Virus record (IMG/VR): IMGVR_UViG_3300020057_000339 | Direction: 5' to 3' (one strand) | DNA: 56,776 nt | From: an uncultured virus (IMG/VR IMGVR_UViG_3300020057_000339) | Lineage: Duplodnaviria > Heunggongvirae > Uroviricota > Caudoviricetes | In this document: piece after piece, positions 29,181 through 38,181 of the stretch | Position numbering within the stretch: the first letter of the stretch is position 1 | Layout of the letters: every line of letters begins with the position of its first letter | Translations under genes and position numbers: made by a program | The notes under the pieces: generated by a model | Database searches by the model: none | Told to the model about the DNA's origin: nothing | What the model saw: only the letters and a program-made list of their open reading frames with translations

Positions 29181-30587
29181 TCAGAAGAGACCGATGTCGC
29201 TTCTCAAGAACGGCGGCTTGCCTACGTTGAAGCGACTTCTGCCCGTTCCGAAGATCACCACGCGGTGGTTCGGCTGGAAGAAGTCATGCGACACGTAGAA
29301 GTTGTTGAAGCTTGAGTAGTTGTACGTGACAGTCATGTTGTCACCACCAGCTTCGCCACCAGCAACCTCAACGCCCGTCAAGCGGTTCGAGTCACCCAGG
29401 TCAACCTGGAGACCGTCGCAAGTACGGATGATGATTGTGTTGCTTTCTCTTGTGTTATCAGGCCCGCAGTCGATCTGCGACGTTGCATCCACTAGGTCAC
29501 CCTGAGCGGTGATAACGGCGATGCTGGCCGTTGCTTCGAGAGGATATTCCGGCACTTTCACGAACGGACGCTTGCTACCAAGCTCGAAAATGTCCTTGCG
29601 GGCAATCGAGAAGGACACGGTGATCGTCTGAATGTGTTCCGCAATGTAATCCGTATTCGCGTTAGTAATCAACTGAGTGAAGTTAGAAGCAGTTCCAGGC
29701 CCCTGAGAACCAAAGCCACCATTGACATATGCAGCATTGATACCCGAAATATTAGGCGTGATGATACCCGGAATGTCTCGCGGCAAGATCGAGTGACTGA
29801 TGTCCACTTCTTCACGACGAGCTACACCAGAACCAACCACAATAACACCGAATCTGTCAGCACCACCGGCAGTTTCAAACGCTCCACCCTCAAGAAGTGG
29901 GGACGTGTTACCGTCGTGACCAAAGACACCAGAGGGTCCGCCAGCGGGGGCATTCGGATCTACGTTGCCGTTGAAGCCAGGAGTCGGGAACAAAAGAAGT
30001 GATTCTGTTCCGCCGTTACCGGCAGTGACGCCAGATACGTTGATGAAAGATCCCCAAATCTTATCGTTGCCAACCAACGTGATGTCTTCTGTTACGAAGC
30101 CATCAATCGGATAGGTGTACGAGATGCTCGACAGATACATACCAGAGCCAGTGCAAATCGACACAGGCTTACCAGTTGCACGGAACTTCGTATCTGGGAA
30201 AATTTGGAAGGCAACGTCAACACGGAAGTTCGCCGTCTTAGAAGTGATGTCCGTGCCAGCCGGATCAGTCACCATCAAGAACAACGGCTTAGTTCCATCA
30301 ACACACTTCGAAATTGTCATTTCGATGTCAGGTTGACGTTCTGAATATTCGTAAAGTTCAATCTGACCAATTTGGAAAACCTGTTGTAGATTAAACTTCG
30401 TGCTCATACCGGCACTTTGTACGCCACGGGGCACTTCCCATAGTGCTCCCACTTCGTTTATGCCCGATGCAAGAGCACCTGTAGCATAGTTACGGGCATT
30501 AAAAGCAGCCACGCCGCTTGTAGCGGGTGAAGAGTTTGCCTTTAAAGCAAGCTGCTCAATTGCCCAGAAGACTCTGTTGTTCGTCAT
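29181..30587 (-). CDS. Major tail (tube) protein
   Basis: Strong SD GGAGG, codon usage like the capsid gene, internal duplication (VFQIGQ / IFELGS), position before chaperones and TMP. Confidence 0.75.
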   Translation of the reverse strand: MTNNRVFWAIEQLALKANSSPATSGVAAFNARNYATGALASGINEVGALWEVPRGVQSAGMSTKFNLQQVFQIGQIELYEYSERQPDIEMTISKCVDGTKPLFLMVTDPAGTDITSKTANFRVDVAFQIFPDTKFRATGKPVSICTGSGMYLSSISYTYPIDGFVTEDITLVGNDKIWGSFINVSGVTAGNGGTESLLLFPTPGFNGNVDPNAPAGGPSGVFGHDGNTSPLLEGGAFETAGGADRFGVIVVGSGVARREEVDISHSILPRDIPGIITPNISGINAAYVNGGFGSQGPGTASNFTQLITNANTDYIAEHIQTITVSFSIARKDIFELGSKRPFVKVPEYPLEATASIAVITAQGDLVDATSQIDCGPDNTRESNTIIIRTCDGLQVDLGDSNRLTGVEVAGGEAGGDNMTVTYNYSSFNNFYVSHDFFQPNHRVVIFGTGRSRFNVGKPPFLRSDIGLF

Positions 30588-30669
30588 GTTTCATTCCTCC
30601 CTACGTATAGGGTACTTTGCAAAGTTACGATTAGCGACAGTGGTACCTTAGTCGCTTTCTCATCAGTAG

Positions 30670-30679
30670 ATTACACTAA
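30670..30679 (-). promoter_or_regulatory. Putative late promoter motif TTAGTGTAAT
   Basis: Intergenic, 83 nt upstream of the tail tube ATG. Confidence 0.6.
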
Positions 30680-30680
30680 A

Positions 30681-31706
30681 CTAGAAGATCGGCCCTTCAA
30701 TGGTCGGGATCGTCGAAATAGGCCCAAAGTAACTACCTAGGGGCGTGGTTGGGGCATTCAAGTACACGTCAATTTCGTACGTTACAATAGCACGTTCGTA
30801 CTCTTGAGCCACATTAATGTTGTTAGCTTCAATATCGGTGATATAGGCAGTATAAATAACTGGCACGCCAGAACCAACAGTAGTAATTAACTTGTTATTT
30901 CTGAGCATTTCCTGATATGGCACATACTCAGGAGATAGAGTGTTGTAAATCCCTGAGAGCGGTAATGGAGCACGGTTGAAGTTGATTATCGGAATGGCCT
31001 TACGCCACTGCGAAGTCAAGATATCTACGATATTATCTCGTTGCAAATCATCCAATGCCCAAATATGCAGAATAACCTTGTCCTTGATAATAGCACTGCG
31101 GTTACCAAGCTCGTACGGCGTCATTGTACGATTGTCTACTTCAATGAAGACGGCTGGAAATGGTTGGAATATTCCAGAAGGATACACTAGTTGCATTGAC
31201 GTTAATGGATTCGTACCGTACTTGCTTTCAAGATATCCTTTGCTGAACTGTTGATTGAAGTCATGCTCAAAACCGACGCGTACTTGACGTGCGGAATATT
31301 CTGCATTGACTTGTAAATTAAGAGACTGCGGCGAATTGAAGATCACGCGACCATTGATAAAGTCGATTGTATGGCCAAATTGAGGATCGTTCGTTCGTCT
31401 AAAAGCACCCTCAATATAGACGCCGGAAACAACTACGGGAGAAGTGCCAACATTCGTACCGTCAAGAGGAACGCCAGATTCGTAGACAAATTGTCTGAAT
31501 GGCGATTGCCATACTTGTCCATCTGACAGACCAAATAACGTGTCATTTGCTGTAGTGTCAGGCAGCAGAACGCTCATATCGGAATTATCATAAAATAATT
31601 GACCAGATGCTACATTAATGAAAGAAGATTCTCTCAGAAAATGCATATCCAAGAACAATTTGAGATTGAGCTTCAAAAGACTTCGTAATTTATACTCAAG
31701 TCCCAT
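30681..31706 (-). CDS. Putative tail terminator/neck protein
   Basis: PFPAVFIE...LHIWA.DD.QRDNIVDIL resembles the tail-terminator fold; directly upstream of the tube gene. Confidence 0.6.
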   Translation of the reverse strand: MGLEYKLRSLLKLNLKLFLDMHFLRESSFINVASGQLFYDNSDMSVLLPDTTANDTLFGLSDGQVWQSPFRQFVYESGVPLDGTNVGTSPVVVSGVYIEGAFRRTNDPQFGHTIDFINGRVIFNSPQSLNLQVNAEYSARQVRVGFEHDFNQQFSKGYLESKYGTNPLTSMQLVYPSGIFQPFPAVFIEVDNRTMTPYELGNRSAIIKDKVILHIWALDDLQRDNIVDILTSQWRKAIPIINFNRAPLPLSGIYNTLSPEYVPYQEMLRNNKLITTVGSGVPVIYTAYITDIEANNINVAQEYERAIVTYEIDVYLNAPTTPLGSYFGPISTIPTIEGPIF

Positions 31707-31733
31707 TAGTTGCCTTTCGTATACTGCACTTCT

Positions 31734-32273
31734 TTATCCCACCGTTAAGTTTGTTGACGGCGGCTGCGATTCTTGTACTTCACGTAGCTTGACCATTAGA
31801 TATCTACGAACAGAAAATCCTATAGGACGAGTTTCGACAACTGTATATCTTCGTCCTTCAATAGAAACAGCAAGTGCAGCTAAAACATGTTCTAGTGCTT
31901 CAACTACAACAGTAATCATAGCTTCATTATTATCGAGCCAACCCATGCCAGTTAAACGCAAATCGTTCTTGAGCGGACCAACTACGATCTGAGCTTTGTA
32001 CGTTACGTCGCGTGGCGTGACTTTGACGCCTGTACCACGAGTGTTAGTATTGGGCACAGGCACCCTTGAAAAGAAAGGATTAAATTGTTGAGGTGCGGGC
32101 TGCGATTGAGTCTGCACGTCCTGTTCTTTGATCGGCGGCAAATGAAAGGTCACTGGACGACCCAAATCAACGAACGCCTCACTCATAAACGAGTGATAGA
32201 CGGACTCCATGAAGCCAGTATTGATGATGCCGCTTGCCGTCGAGAAGTCTTGATTAGGAGTAAGATTGATCAT
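31734..32273 (-). CDS. Putative head closure/stopper protein
   Basis: C-terminal VSIEGRRYTVVETRP..YLMVKL typical of stopper beta-barrels; neck-region synteny. Confidence 0.55.
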   Translation of the reverse strand: MINLTPNQDFSTASGIINTGFMESVYHSFMSEAFVDLGRPVTFHLPPIKEQDVQTQSQPAPQQFNPFFSRVPVPNTNTRGTGVKVTPRDVTYKAQIVVGPLKNDLRLTGMGWLDNNEAMITVVVEALEHVLAALAVSIEGRRYTVVETRPIGFSVRRYLMVKLREVQESQPPSTNLTVG

Positions 32274-32845
32274 TATTTTAGGCTAGCTCCCATATCAACG
32301 CGAACCTTGATAAAGCCCGGCGTAGCTAAACGAATAGCGTCCGCTGGATTATTCTCCCAGATCAGTGGCTTGGAATGCTTAGAGGTGTCGATGTATTGAC
32401 GAGAGAATCCCATACCACGCAAAGTTACCCAGTGCGGCTCGGGAATCAAAACGCCAATGAACTTGCCAATCACTTCGCCTCCGAAAGTTGACGAGTTCGT
32501 GATCATGCCGCTTGGACCAGCGTATGCGATATCTCCTTGATTGATAGCTCCAACTGGATATATCCAGTCAGTCAAAAAATCACCTTGAGTGGCAACTCCA
32601 ACTATGGCGAATGGAATGTCGATATTACGAATGTACTGCTGAAACGGTTGACGAGTCATGTTGACATTCTCAATATCATTGAGTTGTAAACCAGCAATAT
32701 GTACACCACTAGGATTAAAAGCATACTCAACGTAGTACATGCCAGAAGCCCGAGCCCAACCCAAAACACCACCACGTTCCTGAGTGTATGGACAAGGAAA
32801 ATTAATGTTGACTTGCTGAGTCTGACGATCAGGTCTTAATGACAT
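32273..32845 (-). CDS. Capsid decoration-like protein, paralog of 35307..35792
   Basis: Shared M.L.P.RQ, ERGG, G..L.D.EN.N, VG..T.G.F.TD and GF..VR.D motifs. Confidence 0.65.
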   Translation of the reverse strand: MSLRPDRQTQQVNINFPCPYTQERGGVLGWARASGMYYVEYAFNPSGVHIAGLQLNDIENVNMTRQPFQQYIRNIDIPFAIVGVATQGDFLTDWIYPVGAINQGDIAYAGPSGMITNSSTFGGEVIGKFIGVLIPEPHWVTLRGMGFSRQYIDTSKHSKPLIWENNPADAIRLATPGFIKVRVDMGASLK

Positions 32846-33167
32846 TTCTAAGGGCTCGTGTAATATCTTGTACTAATTGCTTCTTAGTGGTTCTCTTGAC
32901 GCTCGTTCCAATTCCTTTGGCGATTTTACGAAGTGTATTTTCAGGCAGCCATTTCAATTCGCTATATGTGAACGCAATCTCACCTTGATTCCATCCGAAC
33001 TTATCACGAAGATAACCCTCGCGATATGTAGCGTCTTCAAGTGCATCTTTGTACTTTTCATAGACTTGAAAAGGTACATCAACTGGATCGTGCATATCTT
33101 CTCTGCCGTAGACAGGTTCGTTATTGATGTACAGTACACCACGGGGGGTTTTGCAATGAACTAGCAT
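32829..33167 (-). CDS. Small protein with C-terminal Rho-N/HeH-like motif
   Basis: LPENTLRKIAKGIG...TTKKQLVQDI helix-extension-helix pattern. Confidence 0.5.
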   Translation of the reverse strand: MLVHCKTPRGVLYINNEPVYGREDMHDPVDVPFQVYEKYKDALEDATYREGYLRDKFGWNQGEIAFTYSELKWLPENTLRKIAKGIGTSVKRTTKKQLVQDITRALRNVIKT

Positions 33168-33294
33168 CGTGTCAAATACTCCTGAAATTCAGAGACGGTT
33201 TTAGCTCCTTTGCGACAGTTGCAGCGATGACAAGCAGTGCAAAGATTTTTACGATCATCAGTGCCACACAATACTTGCAATTCTTGTTAGACAT
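33161..33294 (-). pseudogene. Internally deleted HNH endonuclease remnant
   Basis: MSNKNCKYC in one frame, then GTDDRKNLCTACHRCNCRKGAKTVSEFQEYL in another; the central DH segment is missing. Confidence 0.75.
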
Positions 33295-34166
33295 TAATAA
33301 ATCATCTTACCCATTGAACCCGTCATTCTTCCCAGGAAACGCTTAATTGCTGTTTCAAGTTCTTCCTTACGTGTCTCAACGTCCAAACGTTGAAGTGTCG
33401 TACGGAACTGTAAACGACCAGTACTAATGTTGACTGTCACGCCGTCGGCATTTGTTACTGAAATGCCTTCATTGCCAACGCCACCTACAACAGTTGCAAA
33501 TGGACCAGAAGCAAAAGTCGCTCCAAGTCTCTTGAGTGCAGATGTCTCAGCAGTGACAATGATGTATTCCATTTGAAGAATGATCAAGTCGCACAATTCA
33601 TCATTGTTAGGCTCAATAGTACCAGCCTCAACATCGACTGTAAGTTCAGCGACCTGGATCTTAGGACCACCAAATCCACCGGGGATTCCTTGAGGTCTAG
33701 ATGTTCGCGAAAGCCCCAAAGCTTGATTCAGTCTACGAACAGCTTTTACAAGCACATGCTGCAAAAAGTTATCATCAAATATATGACCTTCGGGATCGCC
33801 AATGTCAATACGTACAGCATCATAGATTGTCGATGTCTTATCTGTTGGCGGTGCAAAGCCAATAGAAACTAATACATCTTGGACTTGAAATGGTTCGCTT
33901 GCAAAGACTACTGAATTTGTCTGCGTAACGATCGTCCAATCAATATGCCAACTGCCTAGTTGATAACCAGGGGGAATTAAGCCAGAACCAGTATAATGTC
34001 CTAGTTCAGGATTAAGTGCAACGCCGCTAACGGCGGAAGCATTAGCAGCGTCAAATAGCCTAAACCCTACATATTGTCCACTAACAGGAGCACCGTTAGC
34101 GGATAGAAAGATGTCTAGGGCTGATGCAGCTTGACCGACAGTGAGAATTTTTGTTTCGCCAGCCAT
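33294..34166 (-). CDS. Head-tail adaptor with N-terminal Ig-like domain
   Basis: AVRIDIGD....FDD..L pattern of gp15/gp6-like adaptors; first gene after the capsid gene. Confidence 0.6.
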   Translation of the reverse strand: MAGETKILTVGQAASALDIFLSANGAPVSGQYVGFRLFDAANASAVSGVALNPELGHYTGSGLIPPGYQLGSWHIDWTIVTQTNSVVFASEPFQVQDVLVSIGFAPPTDKTSTIYDAVRIDIGDPEGHIFDDNFLQHVLVKAVRRLNQALGLSRTSRPQGIPGGFGGPKIQVAELTVDVEAGTIEPNNDELCDLIILQMEYIIVTAETSALKRLGATFASGPFATVVGGVGNEGISVTNADGVTVNISTGRLQFRTTLQRLDVETRKEELETAIKRFLGRMTGSMGKMIY

Positions 34167-34187
34167 ATGTTCCGCCTTCTGATAGAT

Positions 34188-34197
34188 AGTACACTAA
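34188..34197 (-). promoter_or_regulatory. Putative late promoter motif TTAGTGTACT
   Basis: Directly after the capsid terminator, 22 nt upstream of the next ATG. Confidence 0.6.
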
Positions 34198-34201
34198 TGA
34201 A

Positions 34202-34230
34202 ATGGGCGGCGGCTTACAGCCGCCGCCCAT
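34202..34230 (-). terminator. Terminator/stabilising hairpin after the major capsid gene
   Basis: 13-bp perfect stem ATGGGCGGCGGCT/AGCCGCCGCCCAT with a 3-nt loop and a short U tract. Confidence 0.8.
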
Positions 34231-34254
34231 GTATCATTCATCGACTAGCGAATA

Positions 34255-35292
34255 TCAGAACTCGCCAATCACCACGCGGCGAGGATCGAGAACGGCGAAG
34301 CCGTGCTCCATCCATCCGAAGATGCCCGCACGCTGCTCGCGATAGAGGGCCGGGTCTTCATAGGTCTGCAACTCTTCACGAATCGGCATCACGAATGAGT
34401 CCATCGTGCTCAGGTCCAAACCAATGGCGAACTCTTTCAGAGTGACAGAGTTGACCGTCTGGTGGGCACGACCAAGAGTCGTCTTAATGAAGTTCTCGTA
34501 TTCCTGACCTTCGCCGAACTCGGTCATTTCGTGCAGAACAACGCCATAGATCTGAGCTAGGCCGTACTCTTTCGAAACGAAGATCTCACGACGAGTGAAC
34601 TCGTCGATTTCATCCACGTCCCACCCACGAATGTCTTCCATTGCTTCCATCGACAGGTAAACGTCGGTCAGACGACCGCTGTTACCGTTGCCGCCTGCAC
34701 CACGAGTCATCGCCGTCTTCATACGGCTGATCAGTTCCTTCGTGAACTGTCCAGCAGCCGCAGTCGGAATGAGCGTCGAGCCCGTGAACGGAGCAGATCC
34801 GTTTGCCGTCACGACCATGCCACGGCCATCAGCCGCACCAAGGATCGTACGCCAACCGTCACTGTTGATCTTGCGGACGAAGCCAGCTTCGTACACACGG
34901 ATCGCACGCATGATCACGTCGAAACGTGCTTCCTTTGCGTACTTCAATGACCAGTCAATCGAATTGGCGATCTGGAAGGTCGGAACCCACAGCTCGTCGC
35001 CTTCAATGTGACGCTCAGGAACACGACCCTGCTTCGGCATCGCGAAGGCAATGAATTGATCTTCATCGCCCGGCTTCACGAAGTCGAGAGGATAGTTGGC
35101 CTGGGCACCCGGTGCGAGAACTTGCTTCTCGTAAATACCACCTAGGTTGTCACGATCAAACACGCCCTGACGGAGCGGCCACTGCAATTCAGCGGCGAAC
35201 GCCTTCTGGGCTCTTGCACGTACTTCACTATCGGCGTGAGCCGTGGCACGTAGTGCATCAATTGCTTCTTGCGGATAACGTTGGAAATTCAT
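34255..35292 (-). CDS. Major capsid protein (HK97-like fold)
   Basis: 345 aa, SD AAGGAG, strongly biased codons, follows protease and decoration genes, ends GFAVLDPRRVVIGEF, followed by a hairpin. Confidence 0.85.
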   Translation of the reverse strand: MNFQRYPQEAIDALRATAHADSEVRARAQKAFAAELQWPLRQGVFDRDNLGGIYEKQVLAPGAQANYPLDFVKPGDEDQFIAFAMPKQGRVPERHIEGDELWVPTFQIANSIDWSLKYAKEARFDVIMRAIRVYEAGFVRKINSDGWRTILGAADGRGMVVTANGSAPFTGSTLIPTAAAGQFTKELISRMKTAMTRGAGGNGNSGRLTDVYLSMEAMEDIRGWDVDEIDEFTRREIFVSKEYGLAQIYGVVLHEMTEFGEGQEYENFIKTTLGRAHQTVNSVTLKEFAIGLDLSTMDSFVMPIREELQTYEDPALYREQRAGIFGWMEHGFAVLDPRRVVIGEF

Positions 35293-35306
35293 GTCTGTGC
35301 TCCTTA

Positions 35307-35792
35307 TCAGAGATCAATACGGACTTGTAGGAATCCGTCGCTGCCACGGGCAGACAGGGCCTTACCAACTACAAAACGCTTAGCAGTAGTACCATTGTTG
35401 AACGTTCCGTTGTTACGCGATACCTGTCCGTTGTCGGCGAGGTAAAGGACATCACCTGGGGCGTACGTGCCGACCGAGATTGCTCCCGGACCAGTCGCTT
35501 CCACAAAGTCAGTCCAAAACTCACCTTCCGTGCAGATGCCCACAACGCTGCCCTGAGGCACAACGTTACGCTGACGGTATTCAGGATGATTATAGTAGTT
35601 GAGGTTTTCAACGTCATCCAAAAGAATACCGAGCGGTTGGACAAGCTGACCGGAAACGGCAGCCGCGTTAGCATAGGCTACAAGCCCAGCAACACCGGGA
35701 ACGAACGACATGATTCCACCACGTTCAGCGACGCCAGATGACGTACCTCCTACGTATGTCTGGAAAACTTGACGACTAGGTTGTAGTGCCAT
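35307..35792 (-). CDS. Capsid decoration/cement protein
   Basis: Start MALQPS at 35792 with SD AGGAGAG; beta-tulip-like PGDVLYL...G.V..VGKAL pattern; lies between protease and capsid genes. Confidence 0.7.
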   Translation of the reverse strand: MALQPSRQVFQTYVGGTSSGVAERGGIMSFVPGVAGLVAYANAAAVSGQLVQPLGILLDDVENLNYYNHPEYRQRNVVPQGSVVGICTEGEFWTDFVEATGPGAISVGTYAPGDVLYLADNGQVSRNNGTFNNGTTAKRFVVGKALSARGSDGFLQVRIDL

Positions 35793-35805
35793 GTTTACTC
35801 TCCTC

Positions 35806-37641
35806 TTACTGAATTGGGTTAAAGCCGGGCTTTTGAGCCTTAGGCTGGATTTCATTATCTTCACTCTCTTGCTTAGAATCCGTTACCAAGCTCGCGAGAA
35901 CGCGGAATGGGTTAACGGCTTCTCCATCGTCACCAGCTTGAGAAGCACCGGCAAGAGAAACGCCATTCTTAGGCTTAGCTGTTTCCAGCACCTTCGAAGG
36001 ATCGTTCCCGGCAGCACCACCAGCGATCTTGAAACGAGGAGTTCTTAACTGTCCAGGGGTGACACCACTATCGATGCCAGTACCGTCCGGGAAGTTGATC
36101 AGAGGATTCTCTGAATGATACTTTTCTAGAAGAACCTTAAAAGGATTGGCAGCCTTAGCTTCCTTACCCTTCTTGGGCGGGAACGGCATCTTGCCCTTCT
36201 TGGCGACAGGAGCATCTTCATCTTCTGTGCATGTCGTCGCTGCTTTCGCAACCTCAATGACCATTAGTTCCTGCATGTCACGCCACTGCAAGTAACCGTC
36301 ATTATCGAGCTTGGTAGCATGAGCAACAAAAGCTTCAACTGCTTCTTCTGACATTACATCACTCAGGAGTGAACGAACGTCCTGTTCACGCACGACTAGT
36401 TCCGCTTCGGCAAGCTTGGCTTCAAGCTCATCAGCACGAGCGGCACGGGCGGCGAGAGATGCACGCGATTGCGAAATCCAAGCCATCTTTGCAGCGAAAG
36501 CGTCCGCACCAGTCTTCGCCAAGTCGATCTTAGAGATCTCAGACGGTACGTCATTCGTCGCACCAGCAGTCACATGCTCTTCGACCAACTTCTTAACAGC
36601 AGCGTCGTACGCGGCAGTTTGATCGTTCAAAGACTGGACTTCTTGGCTCTTGACTTCGAGGGCCTTGCTCAACTCAGCATTCTTAGCTTCGAGTTCTTTG
36701 CTCGATACTTCTGCTGTAGTTGCACGGGCATGCAATGCCTTCTCTGCGGCTGCCTTTGCAGCTACCTGATCACGCTTGTCGAGTACGGATTCGATAGCCG
36801 TCTCAACATTAGGCTGATTTACATTTGCTTGTGTATTCATTACGGCTAACTCCTGTGAGGGATTTGCTTCTGATTCCATTAGTTGTTGCAGAAATAGTTC
36901 AATCTGATCTTGCTCAGCTACGCTTGACATCACATCAACAGATGTGATAACAGAACGCTTATTTGCTGGGTGGTCAACCAAACCACATCCGCCAAACGTA
37001 ATAGAACGTAAAACGCGACCAATTCGCATATCTTGACCCAACTCAGGATCATAATATTTTCCTACTCCCCCGGCAGCACGCAAGTGCTTATCAAGAAAAG
37101 AGGTTTTCTCATTGCGGGCGACGATCTTAGACAGTCCATTACTGCCGTACAGTCCATAGCTGTAATCGTCAAACCAAGCTTCCATAGAAACAAACAGATC
37201 ATTTGCCTTCGCACGAGCTTCAACCTCGCGGGCACGTTCTGGATGAATCAAGCGGAAGATAACGGCCTCCGTCCAAAGATCGAAGTCGTTTTCTGGTACA
37301 TTCTCGTCATGAATATCAAGAACGTTTCCATTGAGATCACGGGCTTGAACCGTATAAATGACCCCAACAATATCCTTGTCCTGATGCTGCCAATTAAAGG
37401 GCTTCAATACAGGCGTATGACGAGCAGCCCAACACTCTTCACGAGTGAAGATGTCATCGTTATCGTTAACACCAGCTCGAATGCCAGCGGAAACAAGACA
37501 CGATTCAAGATACAAAAGATCCATTTGCGGCTTTAGATCAAAGCCGTACTTATCCTTTAGCGACGAAGCAACAGACTTAAACTTATCAGTCTGAGGCTTG
37601 AGAAGCGTCGCTTTCGAATATAACTGGGTTTTGTATTTCAT
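35806..37641 (-). CDS. Prohead protease-scaffold fusion
   Basis: N-terminal NDNDD.F, PFNWQH, VSME, GCGLVDHPAN motifs, then an Ala/Glu/Lys coiled-coil scaffold. Confidence 0.75.
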   Translation of the reverse strand: MKYKTQLYSKATLLKPQTDKFKSVASSLKDKYGFDLKPQMDLLYLESCLVSAGIRAGVNDNDDIFTREECWAARHTPVLKPFNWQHQDKDIVGVIYTVQARDLNGNVLDIHDENVPENDFDLWTEAVIFRLIHPERAREVEARAKANDLFVSMEAWFDDYSYGLYGSNGLSKIVARNEKTSFLDKHLRAAGGVGKYYDPELGQDMRIGRVLRSITFGGCGLVDHPANKRSVITSVDVMSSVAEQDQIELFLQQLMESEANPSQELAVMNTQANVNQPNVETAIESVLDKRDQVAAKAAAEKALHARATTAEVSSKELEAKNAELSKALEVKSQEVQSLNDQTAAYDAAVKKLVEEHVTAGATNDVPSEISKIDLAKTGADAFAAKMAWISQSRASLAARAARADELEAKLAEAELVVREQDVRSLLSDVMSEEAVEAFVAHATKLDNDGYLQWRDMQELMVIEVAKAATTCTEDEDAPVAKKGKMPFPPKKGKEAKAANPFKVLLEKYHSENPLINFPDGTGIDSGVTPGQLRTPRFKIAGGAAGNDPSKVLETAKPKNGVSLAGASQAGDDGEAVNPFRVLASLVTDSKQESEDNEIQPKAQKPGFNPIQ

Positions 37642-37656
37642 CCCATAACCAATAAA

Positions 37657-38178
37657 CTAAAAGTCCATAGTGACAAGCAAAGAATCTAAACACTTCAACT
37701 CATCAACAGTGTAGAATGATTCAGGAGGTCGATTATTCTTGCTGGCGTTGCACTGCAAACACAACAAAACGGCGTTTTTTCTTGAAAGACAAAATTCTTT
37801 ACTTAGGGGATAATGATGATCAATTTGCAAACTATTCTTACTACCACATTTGAAACACATGTTTCGAAAAACGTCTCTTGTGTATGCTTCATCTACAAAA
37901 GAATAAGAACCGTCTAATAATTGTTTTCTATCTCTGCGACGCCTTGAGGTATTCACAGCACAGATGCCACATCTAGCAGAGCCGTCTGACCTGAGATAAG
38001 TATTGTGTCGAACCTCATGACCATATTTGCAAAAACCACTACGATACTCAAAACCATTAAAATCAATACGAGCACGGCCCTTGAGTCGCTTACAAGTCTT
38101 ACAATATCTGTAGCCTTTTTTATCACGTCCAGTATTTACTGGCGTATAAGTATGGCCTTGAATACAGACTAATTGCAT
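37657..38178 (-). CDS. HNH endonuclease with two N-terminal C-x2-GH Zn-finger repeats (probable homing endonuclease)
   Basis: CFKC...IDHHYP...NAVLLCLQCNASK; AT-richer than its neighbours. Confidence 0.88.
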   Translation of the reverse strand: MQLVCIQGHTYTPVNTGRDKKGYRYCKTCKRLKGRARIDFNGFEYRSGFCKYGHEVRHNTYLRSDGSARCGICAVNTSRRRRDRKQLLDGSYSFVDEAYTRDVFRNMCFKCGSKNSLQIDHHYPLSKEFCLSRKNAVLLCLQCNASKNNRPPESFYTVDELKCLDSLLVTMDF

Positions 38179-38181
38179 GGA

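Noticed and set aside
30640..30666. Hammerhead ribozyme suggested by CTGATGAG on the minus strand
   Set aside because: There is no stem II followed by GAAA in the required arrangement.
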